Source: a virus. Taken from it: 64,000 bases of DNA. This document shows, piece after piece, positions 20,076 through 29,064 of this stretch. Every line of letters starts with the position of its first letter. Within the stretch, counting starts at the first letter, position 1. The position numbers were made by a program, and so were the translations under genes. The notes under the pieces are model-generated. The model searched no databases. It was not told the DNA's origin and was given only the letters and a program-made list of their open reading frames with translations. The DNA is taken from the IMG/VR virus record IMGVR_UViG_3300032249_000925, positions 1-64,000 of that record. One strand, given 5' to 3'.

Positions 20076-21263
20076 TTAGTCTGTATTAGTCGTACTAGGC
20101 CTGCCACCTTGTGCTGGATTAACAGCACTGCCAGCAATATTTGCAGGAATCCTTAGTTCGTCTTGACCCTCAATTGTTGCATAGCGTAATTCTTGTCTGG
20201 CTTCATTTGGTGTAATAATACCGCCATTTACTAGTGAAACGTGATAGCTAGCAATGTCTTTAACATCTGGTTGTAGTGCACTTACACTAGCCGTAATTGC
20301 GTCAATATCATAACCAAAAAATCTTTCTAGCGCACTAGTATATTTTCTGATAATTGGTAGTACAGTTTCTAAGTAGAACAATCTTAAATTGGGTGAAATA
20401 TTAGCGTTATTGCCGCCGTCTACTAGTAGTGGTGGTACGCCAATACACTGCATAACTAGCTTGTTGTGTGTTTGTATAGCTTGATCAAAATCCATGTCTT
20501 TGAAATTTTGATTGCTAATCTGATGTGGTTTTAATCCGCTGTCTAGGATTACTGGGCGCTTACCACCAGTTCTGCTATTGTATCGTTGCAGCCAGTGCTG
20601 TATAGTTTTTTCTTTAGCTACTTGCGATAGTGTATTATCACTGGTAAGCACTAAGCCAAATACTGCACCATTATCAAAAAATTGTTGTTGAAATTGATGC
20701 ATGCTTTGTAGTACACTAATGCTATTTTGCGCTGCTTCTAGCCTACTAGCGCCACGATAAATACTGCGTGAACTTAAATCTCTAAAGTGAAATACCTCAG
20801 TTTCAGGAAACTCTATCCAGCCGCTGTAGCGGTAGCCGCGAATAAATGTTTTTTGATCTGTAAGTATTTCTACATGATCTGCTGGCAAGTGGTACATAAA
20901 CGTACCATCAAAATGTATGAATACATTGCCTTCTAAAATAAGATCAGTAAAAATTGCTTGACGAAATTCTTGTGCGCTTTGATAAGGATTAGGTCTATAG
21001 TTAAGTAAGGTATTTAGTTGTTTTTGTCTAACACCACTTACTATGCCATCATACATTTTATCTTTAATATCGTAGTCTAGTGAGCTGCACGCACTAACTA
21101 CTAGATTAATACTACGATTAACAGACTGCAGTTCTTGGAAGGCTTGCTTATACAACAGTTTACTGGTTGTATTTACATGCGTGCCTTCTTGTTGTGCAAT
21201 TCTAACTTGTGCTGGATTTAGTTTTTCACGAATCCAGCCCACACTATTTGTAATCCAACCCAT
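20076..21263 (-). CDS. Portal protein (HK97 family, T5 pb7-like)
   Basis: LLNYRPNPYQS, FFDNGAVFG, GIITPNEARQEL; ATG 21263 with AGGA RBS. Confidence 0.9.
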   Translation of the reverse strand: MGWITNSVGWIREKLNPAQVRIAQQEGTHVNTTSKLLYKQAFQELQSVNRSINLVVSACSSLDYDIKDKMYDGIVSGVRQKQLNTLLNYRPNPYQSAQEFRQAIFTDLILEGNVFIHFDGTFMYHLPADHVEILTDQKTFIRGYRYSGWIEFPETEVFHFRDLSSRSIYRGASRLEAAQNSISVLQSMHQFQQQFFDNGAVFGLVLTSDNTLSQVAKEKTIQHWLQRYNSRTGGKRPVILDSGLKPHQISNQNFKDMDFDQAIQTHNKLVMQCIGVPPLLVDGGNNANISPNLRLFYLETVLPIIRKYTSALERFFGYDIDAITASVSALQPDVKDIASYHVSLVNGGIITPNEARQELRYATIEGQDELRIPANIAGSAVNPAQGGRPSTTNTD

Positions 21264-21271
21264 AGTTTTTC

Positions 21272-21703
21272 CTAACAAAATTCGCTAAAGAAACTTCCAT
21301 AGCTTTGCTTAGGAACAGCACTACCACCACCAGCAATTTTTTCACGCTGAATTTCAATCCAACGCGCTTGTTTACTTTCACTGCCAGGTTTGGGAGTTTT
21401 ACCGTACACACCATGAAGCGCTATATGATGAGGATTACATAGGGTGTAAACTTGTTCATATAACTCACTACGATGCTCACTAATAAACTCGTCTCTAACA
21501 GCTAAAATTCCTTCATCAGTTGAAATATCATAACTTTTACGGCGTGCCCAGTTTTCTAGCAACAAGGTTACGCTGTGCAGGTGATGTAATTCCAAGTCCT
21601 GACTTGTGTTGCAAATGTAGCAATGATCTTGCTTTTCATAAGCCGACTTGGCTTTATCTCTAACGTGTTTAACGGGTATACGTTTGTTTGTATTTTTTGC
21701 CAT
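21272..21703 (-). CDS. HNH nicking endonuclease (packaging-associated, T5-type)
   Basis: CYIC...LELHH...TLCNPHHIALH; between terminase and portal. Confidence 0.8.
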   Translation of the reverse strand: MAKNTNKRIPVKHVRDKAKSAYEKQDHCYICNTSQDLELHHLHSVTLLLENWARRKSYDISTDEGILAVRDEFISEHRSELYEQVYTLCNPHHIALHGVYGKTPKPGSESKQARWIEIQREKIAGGGSAVPKQSYGSFFSEFC

Positions 21704-22144
21704 TTACTTTAGTGAACTGCGAAGCATCCACGAATGTTTTTTGTGTGCGTCCTGACGATCTGCTAAAAAGTTTGACAAGCCATGATCGCCAAAAGTTTCT
21801 GCTACCGCAAACAATTGCTGAAATTTCATTGCCATCATGTCGCTGTCCATAAGCAGTTCTTGCAACATACTACGCCAATCACCAGGCATATTTTCGTCCA
21901 TAATATAACTAAGGCGACTAAAGTTGCTTAAACTAGCAGGTGTAGTAATTTGTAGCGCGCGAAGTTCTTCAGCATAAGTATCAATTGACCCATACACTTC
22001 TGTATAGATATGCTCAAATAACTCGTGCAGTTGACCAAATAACATTCCTTCTACATTCCAGTGAAAGTTAGCTGCTTTTAAGTAAAAGCTAAATTCGCTG
22101 GCAAAAGCGCGTTGCAGTTCTAGGTAGTACTCTGACTTTTCCAT
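21704..22144 (-). CDS. dps: Dps family ferritin-like DNA protection protein
   Basis: FHWNVEG..F..LHELFE.IY....D..AE..R...HKKHSWMLRS. Confidence 0.9.
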   Translation of the reverse strand: MEKSEYYLELQRAFASEFSFYLKAANFHWNVEGMLFGQLHELFEHIYTEVYGSIDTYAEELRALQITTPASLSNFSRLSYIMDENMPGDWRSMLQELLMDSDMMAMKFQQLFAVAETFGDHGLSNFLADRQDAHKKHSWMLRSSLK

Positions 22145-22177
22145 TTTTAGGACTCAGTAATTTTTTATAATACTGGT

Positions 22178-22206
22178 ATTGTACACCCAAAGCACCAACA
22201 AGTCAA
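22178..22206 (-). promoter_or_regulatory. sigma70 promoter for dps/head operon
   Basis: Minus strand TTGACT-17bp-TACAAT. Confidence 0.6.
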
Positions 22207-22223
22207 CGTAAATTTTTTATGAC

Positions 22224-23513
22224 CTAGATAGTATAGGTGTATAGTGCATAACGGATTGCATCAGCCATATGTGAGTATTTATCGTGCACTGGCCGCTCGC
22301 GCTGCAAGTTTTCACGATTATCCCAGCGGTACTGATCCATAACGTCTAAGACATTTTGGCAATGTGGAGCTACTTTAAGTTTGTTAGTTTCTACTAGTGT
22401 TTGCACATAGGCAATACCAGGTAAAATATCTTTTTTAGCCTTGGTAGTACTAATATTATAAGTATAAGCAAGGTCGCCGGCAAATTGTGCTGCTGCCGAA
22501 TCAATAAATACTACTTCTACTTGCCACTTGTCTAAGTATTCGCGAAATGCTACAGCATGCTTGTCAGTGGTAGCTTCACTTTTTAAGTACTCGTCTACAA
22601 TATGAAAGCAATCACTAACAGGATTATAGCTGATAACCACGAAAGCAGTAGCATCGCGGTAGCCAGGATCGCAGCCAGCAATGTACTCGCAGCCGTCTTG
22701 GTGTTGGTATTCACAAACGCTTGCCTCACGATTAAAATTATAAATCTGACCCTCAAACACATTAAAGCTAGCCAAGTACTCCTGCTCAAATTCAGCTTTT
22801 GACATCGATCGTTTGGCTTCCTGCACATCCGACTCAGCCATACGCGAATTTTCAGTATAGTCAGCGGTTATACTACACCACTCTGGGTAGTCTGGACTAA
22901 AACCGCGTTGATAAAATTTACTAAACCAGTTTTGTTGACCGCGGGGTGTGCTGATAAAGATTGCTTTTGAATTAGGTCGGTCTAGTGTAGGGCGCAACTG
23001 CACATTAAATGCTGATTCGCCGTCGCTGCCTAGCGCGGCCTCGTCAAATAAGATAATTTGATAGCTGCGTCCAACGGTGGAGTCCACTGTGCTTAACGAG
23101 CCCATGCGAATTGTACTACCATTTGACAATTCTACCACTTTGTCTTTTAAGTTATCGCGCTCTACTTCCAAGTCAAAGTGTCTGATAAACTTACGTTGCA
23201 GTTCAAAAGAAATCGAACTCAAGTTATAATTTGGCGAAATAATAAGCACATTGCATTTGGGAACTAATGAGACTAGCTGCGCAATAATATTAGCAATGTA
23301 AGTTTTGCCAAGTCGTCTGGCAAGTGCAGCGCAAACAAACCTGTACTTAGGATTATTGATTGCGTTTATTAGTGCAATCTGTGGGCGATTCATGGTGTCC
23401 CAAGCACCCAATAATTTTAAGTAATTTTCAATTGGTAATTTAATAAAACGGGATTCTAGTGCAAACTCTGTGATTTCATCGCAGTCTACATCGTCACGGG
23501 AGACTTTAAGCAT
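22224..23513 (-). CDS. terL: Terminase large subunit
   Basis: ARRLGKT Walker A, ILFDEAA Walker B, ISTPRG, GCDPG nuclease, HMADAIRYA. Confidence 0.95.
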   Translation of the reverse strand: MLKVSRDDVDCDEITEFALESRFIKLPIENYLKLLGAWDTMNRPQIALINAINNPKYRFVCAALARRLGKTYIANIIAQLVSLVPKCNVLIISPNYNLSSISFELQRKFIRHFDLEVERDNLKDKVVELSNGSTIRMGSLSTVDSTVGRSYQIILFDEAALGSDGESAFNVQLRPTLDRPNSKAIFISTPRGQQNWFSKFYQRGFSPDYPEWCSITADYTENSRMAESDVQEAKRSMSKAEFEQEYLASFNVFEGQIYNFNREASVCEYQHQDGCEYIAGCDPGYRDATAFVVISYNPVSDCFHIVDEYLKSEATTDKHAVAFREYLDKWQVEVVFIDSAAAQFAGDLAYTYNISTTKAKKDILPGIAYVQTLVETNKLKVAPHCQNVLDVMDQYRWDNRENLQRERPVHDKYSHMADAIRYALYTYTI

Positions 23514-23995
23514 TATAGTTTGTCTCCTAATAGTTTAGAAATAAGTGCTCCGTACTTGGTACCGTCGCCGCCTTCGTTGATTTGCACGTTTACTTGCGAT
23601 TTAGGTCCGGCTCGTTCTTGGCGCAGTTTTTCTAACTGAATTTCACGGTCTAGCAATTCCATTGACATTTTATGTGATAGTGCTAATAGCTCAGCAATGT
23701 CTTTGTTCGACCCTACGTCTGCCTCCTCCATTTCCTGAAACTTGCGCTTTAGGACCGCGTCCATTGCCGATCGCATTTTAAAACGATTGTTAAAGCCCAA
23801 GTCAAAGAATACTTGGTTGATATAAGCTTTGACCTCTCGGCGGGCTAAAATTCCCGATACGCTTTCTACAGGCAAGCACAAGTTATCAGCCACAGCACGT
23901 GCATCTTGGCATTGAAGGTAGCAATTTGCCACTTCTAACGCTTCAGGCGAAATGGCTAGCACCTCGGCAGGTGCTGTGGTTGGGCTCAGGTTCAT
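23513..23995 (-). CDS. terS: Terminase small subunit (T5-type)
   Basis: ISPEALEVANCYL...GFNNR...NVQIN; immediately upstream of terL. Confidence 0.75.
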   Translation of the reverse strand: MNLSPTTAPAEVLAISPEALEVANCYLQCQDARAVADNLCLPVESVSGILARREVKAYINQVFFDLGFNNRFKMRSAMDAVLKRKFQEMEEADVGSNKDIAELLALSHKMSMELLDREIQLEKLRQERAGPKSQVNVQINEGGDGTKYGALISKLLGDKL

Positions 23996-24312
23996 TTTCG
24001 TAACTTTTCTTCTAAGATAACAATACGTTCACGATTTTGGTGGATTAGCTCACGATTGGCTAAGATTTCTTTTTCCAAGTCCTGGCGTAGCTTTTCACGT
24101 GCTAATTCAGCACCTGAATTATTAGCTTGTTTATTATCACTGGTAACTACTAGTGAAATTTTGCCGTTTAAAATAGTAACGTCGTGTTGTAGGTTTTGCA
24201 GTGCACTCATCAAGTACACTACACAGGTAAATAACAGTGGTAACAGTGCAAAAGTAATTTTTTCAATTAGCTGACCTTTGGCATGTGCTTCTTGTAGTTT
24301 TTCATCACTCAT
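23992..24312 (-). CDS. Membrane-anchored coiled-coil protein
   Basis: One TM segment (FALLPLLFTCVVYLM) followed by a heptad-rich region. Confidence 0.55.
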   Translation of the reverse strand: MSDEKLQEAHAKGQLIEKITFALLPLLFTCVVYLMSALQNLQHDVTILNGKISLVVTSDNKQANNSGAELAREKLRQDLEKEILANRELIHQNRERIVILEEKLRK

Positions 24313-25310
24313 TACAGTCTCCTGATAAGGTTATATTTAAATATTTGCCAGCACTTTTCCCACGACCAGCGATAGCTAGCTACTAAAACTACATGACGTG
24401 GAATTGACAGCGCACGCACTACTGCCAGCTTAAGATCTGGGCTAGTATAGCCAGTTCTGTCTAATTCAATAACGTCTTGTGGACCACAAACTGGATAAGC
24501 TGCCACTGGTGTGCCGCAAGCCATTGCCTCCAACATTACAATACCAAAAGTATCCCAACGGCTGGTAAATACTAAACAATCTGCTTGTTGATAGTATTGG
24601 GCCAAAGCCTTGCCGGTTTTTACGCCCACAAATTCCACCTCAGGATACTTTTGCTGCAAGTAGTCTAGCTGCGGCCCATCGCCTACTACAATCTTTTTAG
24701 CACCTAAATAGTCCAGTTTACAAAAATCTTCGCAACTTTTCTCCACACTCACCCTGCCAACCCACAGTAATGTAGGATAAGGTGTTTGGCGAGGTTCTTC
24801 CAACGGATAAAACTGTTGACGATCCACACCACGAGTCCAAGGCACAATGTCACCACAAAAACCTTGTTGCTTAAGTTCGTTAACCATGCTGACTGTAGTA
24901 GTCAACACTTTGCCCGAATGCTTGTGAAACCAGCGCAAGTACCTGTAGGTCCACGATTGGGGAATGCCATAGTAACGTTTAAGTGCTTCTGGAATTTTGG
25001 TGTGGTAGCTGGTATTGTATCGCCAACCATGCCGGTCCATCCAGCATCTAGCAGCTAAACCTAGTGGGCCTTCAGTGGCAATATGCACATATTGAGGATT
25101 TATCTGCTCCAGTTTCTTGCCAATTTGACGAGGCCACGATAACCTAATATCACTGTAGCCAGGAGCACCAACATTAGGGAACTGCCGGGGATCACAATAT
25201 ACAATATCGTAGCCAGCGCGATTTGCCTCGCGTTCCAAGTTGTGGAACGTTGTAACCACTCCGTTAACTTGCTGGGGTACATTATCCGTTACTACTAGTA
25301 TTGTTTTCAT
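24312..25310 (-). CDS. GT4 glycosyltransferase, Agt-like (diacylglycerol glycosyltransferase candidate)
   Basis: QVNGVVTT, HIATEGPLG, YHTKIPE, RGVD, VGRVSVEK, DTFGIVMLEAMACGTPVAA. Confidence 0.8.
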   Translation of the reverse strand: MKTILVVTDNVPQQVNGVVTTFHNLEREANRAGYDIVYCDPRQFPNVGAPGYSDIRLSWPRQIGKKLEQINPQYVHIATEGPLGLAARCWMDRHGWRYNTSYHTKIPEALKRYYGIPQSWTYRYLRWFHKHSGKVLTTTVSMVNELKQQGFCGDIVPWTRGVDRQQFYPLEEPRQTPYPTLLWVGRVSVEKSCEDFCKLDYLGAKKIVVGDGPQLDYLQQKYPEVEFVGVKTGKALAQYYQQADCLVFTSRWDTFGIVMLEAMACGTPVAAYPVCGPQDVIELDRTGYTSPDLKLAVVRALSIPRHVVLVASYRWSWEKCWQIFKYNLIRRL

Positions 25311-26043
25311 GTTTAATAATCTTCCAGTTGCCGTCGACAGTTTCTACTAGTGCAGTACACGACTCTACCCAATCGCCCGAATTCATATAACCTACAGTAC
25401 CTACTACTTTAATCTCAGCTTGGTGAATATGACCGCAAATAACGCCGCTAAAGTTGCGTTTGTGGGCATATTTAGTAATAGTTTCTTCAAACTGCCAAAT
25501 AAAGTTGGTGGCACGTTTTACCCTAGACTTTAACCACTGTGATAAACTCCAGTAGCCAAAGCCTAAGCGATGTCGCCACTGGTTAAAGTGGGTATTTAGA
25601 CCTAAAACAAAATCATAAGCACTGTCGCCTAGCCAAGCTAACCAAGGTGCTAAGCGGGTAATACCATCAAACATATCGCCGTGTGTAACTAACCAGCGGC
25701 GACCTTGTAGGTCGAGGTACTCACACTGGTTTACTACTTCAATTCTGCCAAATTTTAAGCCGTAGCTGATTAGTGGACGAAGAAACTCATCGTGATTGCC
25801 GGCTACGTAGATTACACGGGTTTTTTCACGATTGGCTTTTGCTAAAACATGACGCACTACATTAGTGTGTTGGTTGGCCCAGCGTAGCTTGTTTTGCTTG
25901 ACTTTCCAACCGTCAATAATGTCGCCGACTAAATAAAGTTGGTCGCAAGTGTTGGACTTTAAAAATTGACTTAAGTACTCAGCTTTGCAGGCACGGGTAC
26001 CTAAGTGCACGTCGCTGATAAAAATAGCCTTGTAGTGTGCCAC
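25282..26043 (-). CDS. Metallophosphoesterase of the LpxH/PlcP family (phospholipase C candidate)
   Basis: ISDVHLG, LVGDIIDGW, GNHDE, HGDMFD, YWSLS, CGHIH, NSGDWVESCTALVE. Confidence 0.85.
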   Translation of the reverse strand: MAHYKAIFISDVHLGTRACKAEYLSQFLKSNTCDQLYLVGDIIDGWKVKQNKLRWANQHTNVVRHVLAKANREKTRVIYVAGNHDEFLRPLISYGLKFGRIEVVNQCEYLDLQGRRWLVTHGDMFDGITRLAPWLAWLGDSAYDFVLGLNTHFNQWRHRLGFGYWSLSQWLKSRVKRATNFIWQFEETITKYAHKRNFSGVICGHIHQAEIKVVGTVGYMNSGDWVESCTALVETVDGNWKIIKHENNTSSNG

Positions 26044-26045
26044 GG

Positions 26046-26198
26046 TTATTTGCCGGACTTGTTGTAGAGATCAAATAAGGTTTTTACCTTTTCCTCTAAA
26101 ACACCTAGACGCATATCTGCTTTGGCAAAAAGCACCACAATCATAATAAACGCCACAAATACTGGCCAAGCTTTTAGCATTAGTTCGATAATTTCCAT
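26046..26198 (-). CDS. Small membrane protein
   Basis: GGAGG RBS; hydrophobic WPVFVAFIMIVVLFA followed by a short coiled coil. Confidence 0.6.
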   Translation of the reverse strand: MEIIELMLKAWPVFVAFIMIVVLFAKADMRLGVLEEKVKTLFDLYNKSGK

Positions 26199-26218
26199 GG
26201 TAACCTCCAGTTTACTAG

Positions 26219-26247
26219 AGTATAACACTTTAGGACTAGTATGTCAA
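26219..26247 (-). promoter_or_regulatory. Late-operon sigma70 promoter
   Basis: Minus strand TTGACA-17bp-TATACT. Confidence 0.7.
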
Positions 26248-26501
26248 CTACAAAAAATTTTGTGCTACTCCAAAAAATTTTCTTGAATTTATTTGCCAAT
26301 CAGTGTATAATATTATTTTTGGGAGAAAGTTATGTGGCGGCTGTGGGCTAAGGCACCGAAAGTTTTGTGGAAATTTTCTTAAAGTTGGCCGTGAGGGAGG
26401 GCCCATATAGTTATAACAATTATAACGTCTAATAACCCCCCTATTTTATAACTATTATTAAATCTATAATTGTTATAAAATCTATAATGGTCATAAAATC
26501 C

Positions 26502-26558
26502 CTGCGACAATATGTCGCACCCTTTGGGCTTGCATTTCTGAATTGACTGGCCTATAAT
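26502..26558 (+). promoter_or_regulatory. Pre-early promoter with upstream palindrome; near-duplicate at ~27617-27672
   Basis: tgcgacaatatgtcgca palindrome then TTGCAT-17bp-TATAAT; second copy tgcgtcaatgtgtcgca...ttgcat...tataat. Confidence 0.7.
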
Positions 26559-26593
26559 TACTACATCGAAACAGCACTCAAAGGGAGAGCAAA

Positions 26594-26920
26594 ATGGCAG
26601 AAAAAGCCGTAAACTATAGCCCTGAGCAAACCGCTCAGGTAATCGCGGATTATACCGCTGGTGTTAGCGTGGAGAGCATTGCATTGGCAATGGGTAAATC
26701 CGTTCGCTCAATCGTTGCTAAACTGTCACGCGAAGGTGTGTATCAGAAAAAAGCATACAAAACCAAAACGGGTGAACCCGTTGTGAAAAAAGATGCTCAT
26801 GCTGATGCAATCGGCGCAATCTTGCGCTTGCCTGAGAATGACATTGAGTCATTGACTAAGGCTAACAAGAGCGCGCTTAAGGCGATCTTTGAAGCATTGG
26901 CTAATTCCAAGCCAATCTAA
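26594..26920 (+). CDS. T5 A2-like DNA-binding protein, copy 1
   Basis: HTH-like KSVRSIVAKLSREGVY and IESLTKANK resemble T5 A2; GGGAG RBS. Confidence 0.7.
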   Translation: MAEKAVNYSPEQTAQVIADYTAGVSVESIALAMGKSVRSIVAKLSREGVYQKKAYKTKTGEPVVKKDAHADAIGAILRLPENDIESLTKANKSALKAIFEALANSKPI

Positions 26921-26942
26921 TCTAAACTAGGATAACGAACCC

Positions 26943-27305
26943 ATGACCGTCGCAACACTAAATGCCACAATTCAGGCTCAGGCGACTAAGATATGGGTTC
27001 GTTATACTAACATTTACACTAGGCTTGCATTGTTTCCGATGCCCGTTATTAAACTTAATAACAGACTGACTAAGACTGCTGGCCGTTGTTTTATGGAAGC
27101 TAACGTAATAGATCTTGGTACTAAATTCTTTAACAATAACTATGAGCGTATGCTTGCCGAAATTATGGTACATGAAATAGCACATCAGGTTGACTATAAT
27201 CTTAATGGTGTACCAGCAGGCAATCGTTGGCATGGTAAAACCTGGCAGGATATTATGCTAAACTATGGCGTAGAGCCTAACACTTATCACGACATGGAAT
27301 TATAA
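26943..27305 (+). CDS. SprT-like zinc metalloprotease
   Basis: RLTKTAG, HEIAH, HGKTWQ. Confidence 0.8.
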   Translation: MTVATLNATIQAQATKIWVRYTNIYTRLALFPMPVIKLNNRLTKTAGRCFMEANVIDLGTKFFNNNYERMLAEIMVHEIAHQVDYNLNGVPAGNRWHGKTWQDIMLNYGVEPNTYHDMEL

Positions 27306-27511
27306 TGTTAGCATGGATTGGCACAATTGCCAGCATAGCGGGATCTTTTCTGGTTGCAATGGGCGTAATGAATTGGGGTTATATATGCTTTGCGACTGGA
27401 TCAATAAGCTGGCTAATAATTGCACTAATGCGACGAGATAAAGCATTGGGCACACTTAATGGGGCCTTTTTAATAGCTAATACGATCGGCATTGTTAATT
27501 ATGTAATTTAA
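27305..27511 (+). CDS. Small multi-pass membrane protein
   Basis: Three hydrophobic helices. Confidence 0.65.
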   Translation: MLAWIGTIASIAGSFLVAMGVMNWGYICFATGSISWLIIALMRRDKALGTLNGAFLIANTIGIVNYVI

Positions 27512-27518
27512 AACGACC

Positions 27519-27583
27519 GGGTGTTGCAAAAAAACAACACCGCTGGCGCCAAATTATAACATATAATTTGGGAGCGTGTCAAG
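27519..27583 (-). repeat. Leftward promoter-hairpin element, copy 1
   Basis: Minus strand TTGACA-18-TATAAT; -10 inside palindrome CCAAATTATA-n3-TATAATTTGG; then GGCGCC and a GGTGTTG/CAACACC hairpin. Confidence 0.8.
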
Positions 27584-27698
27584 AGGGTGGGCAAAAATAC
27601 CACACTAGGGAAAACCCTGCGTCAATGTGTCGCACCCCTAGGGCTTGCATTCTCTGAAAATCGGCGTATAATAGTCTACATGGATCGGAGACAAAACG

Positions 27699-27866
27699 AT
27701 GGCAACTAAACTACACTTGGCGCTGGCAATGAAAAAAGCCAGCAAACCAGATAATCGGGCGCATAAGCCACTATTTGTGAATAGCCCATTTAAGCCAAAG
27801 GTTATTCCCAATAAAAAACAAAGCAAATTGGCTAAACTGTTTAATGGTTGGGGTTTTGATGACTAA
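27699..27866 (+). CDS. Small basic protein (55 aa), weakly ArfA-like
   Basis: Not in the ORF track; GGAG RBS; MATKLHLALAMKKASKPDNRAHKPLFVNSPFKPKVIPNKKQ... Confidence 0.55.
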   Translation: MATKLHLALAMKKASKPDNRAHKPLFVNSPFKPKVIPNKKQSKLAKLFNGWGFDD

Positions 27867-28056
27867 ATTCAAATTGATTGAGGAAGCCGCAAGGTTTGAA
27901 ACGTCGCAATTAAAACGCGATGAATTGATTTATTTTGTAGAATCTGTTAAAATGCACGAGATGATGGAATTAGATTATCCGGCTTTAGTAAAACGCATTG
28001 AGCGTACTGCTAAACACTTGGTTGACGTTGCACAATTTTTTGATAAAGGAGAGTAA
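27859..28056 (+). CDS. Hypothetical protein
   Basis: ORF overlapping the previous stop. Confidence 0.55.
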   Translation: MTKFKLIEEAARFETSQLKRDELIYFVESVKMHEMMELDYPALVKRIERTAKHLVDVAQFFDKGE

Positions 28057-28057
28057 T

Positions 28058-28240
28058 ATGATGTACATGGCAAAAAGCATTAACGACGATAATATCACTT
28101 CAATGGGTAATAGCATTGAGGAAATTTGGCAAGACTTGCAATTTGCCTTTGAATTGTCAGACGAAGAATTTGATGATTTAGAATGGTTTGAGATTGAACC
28201 AATTAAGGTAACCCGTAAATTGGAATTCGTTATTGAATAA
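28058..28240 (+). CDS. Hypothetical acidic protein
   Basis: AAGGAG RBS; Asp/Glu-rich. Confidence 0.65.
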   Translation: MMYMAKSINDDNITSMGNSIEEIWQDLQFAFELSDEEFDDLEWFEIEPIKVTRKLEFVIE

Positions 28241-28247
28241 ATAACGA

Positions 28248-28392
28248 GCAGGTGTTGTAAAAATACAACACCTGCGGCGCCAAAATTATAACATATAATT
28301 TTGGGACGTGTCAAGCAAAATTTGAAAAATTTGTGTTGTATTTATACAACGCTTGGCGCCAAAATTATACCACGGCAAAAATTTTTTGTCAA
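28248..28392 (-). repeat. Leftward promoter-hairpin elements, copies 2 and 3 (tandem)
   Basis: TTGACA-18-TATAAT and TTGACA-17-TATAAT, each followed by GGCGCC and a GTTGTA/TACAAC hairpin. Confidence 0.8.
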
Positions 28393-28487
28393 TAGGGGTT
28401 TCCCCTACTGTTGTATTTTTGCACTTCTTGGCACAACCCGATTTTTCGTGTATAATTCTCTACATGGACACAACGCAAGGCGACAAG

Positions 28488-28967
28488 ATGATTAAGCGTA
28501 TCGCAATTTATGACATGGACGGAACAATCGTAGACTCGTCGCATCGTTACCGGACCATTTTAACCGATCAAGGTGAGCGAATTGATATTGGCTATTGGCG
28601 AGATAATCAGCACTTGGCAATGTTGGATGGCCTATTGCCATTGGCTAATAAATTCTGGGATGACCTGGACGATCCAGAGTGTTATACAATTATTGCGACT
28701 GCGCGTGTAATGAATGAACCCGATTGGGAATTTTTAAATACTAAATTGGGAATGCCTGATTATGTTATTTCGCGTACTCGCGATGACCAGCAATCAGGTT
28801 CCACGCTAAAGATTAACGGTTTGATCGAATGCTTTAAAACTGCTAATATCAATTTAGCTAATATGCAAGATGTTGTTTTCTATGAGGACAATGTGCAGTA
28901 TTTAAAAGCGGTATGCGATTATTTTAATATTCGTGGCGAGTATATTCCAAGTAAACAAGGACATTAA
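28488..28967 (+). CDS. dmp: Deoxynucleoside-5'-monophosphatase (HAD family, T5 Dmp-like)
   Basis: YDMDGTIVDSSHR, LLPL, ATARVM, FYEDN resemble T5 Dmp. Confidence 0.75.
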   Translation: MIKRIAIYDMDGTIVDSSHRYRTILTDQGERIDIGYWRDNQHLAMLDGLLPLANKFWDDLDDPECYTIIATARVMNEPDWEFLNTKLGMPDYVISRTRDDQQSGSTLKINGLIECFKTANINLANMQDVVFYEDNVQYLKAVCDYFNIRGEYIPSKQGH

Positions 28968-28968
28968 A

Positions 28969-29064
28969 ATGACTAACGGAAACGATCCTGATAAAATTGT
29001 TTTTTATGCACTAATTGCCAGCACATTGGCAGTTGCTTATCTTGTTTTTACCGGAGCGGTATAA
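28969..29064 (+). CDS. 31-aa membrane peptide
   Basis: AAGGA RBS; IVFYALIASTLAVAYLVF; stop overlaps the next ATG. Confidence 0.55.
   Translation: MTNGNDPDKIVFYALIASTLAVAYLVFTGAV

Noticed and set aside
21272-21703. Mobile homing endonuclease
   Set aside because: Size and position between terminase and portal fit the conserved packaging/nicking HNH of T5-like phages
991-24274. Plus-strand ORFs opposite the structural genes (e.g. 991-1341, 3907-4407, 11193-11801, 19474-19869)
   Set aside because: Antisense shadows of long minus-strand genes, without RBS or motifs
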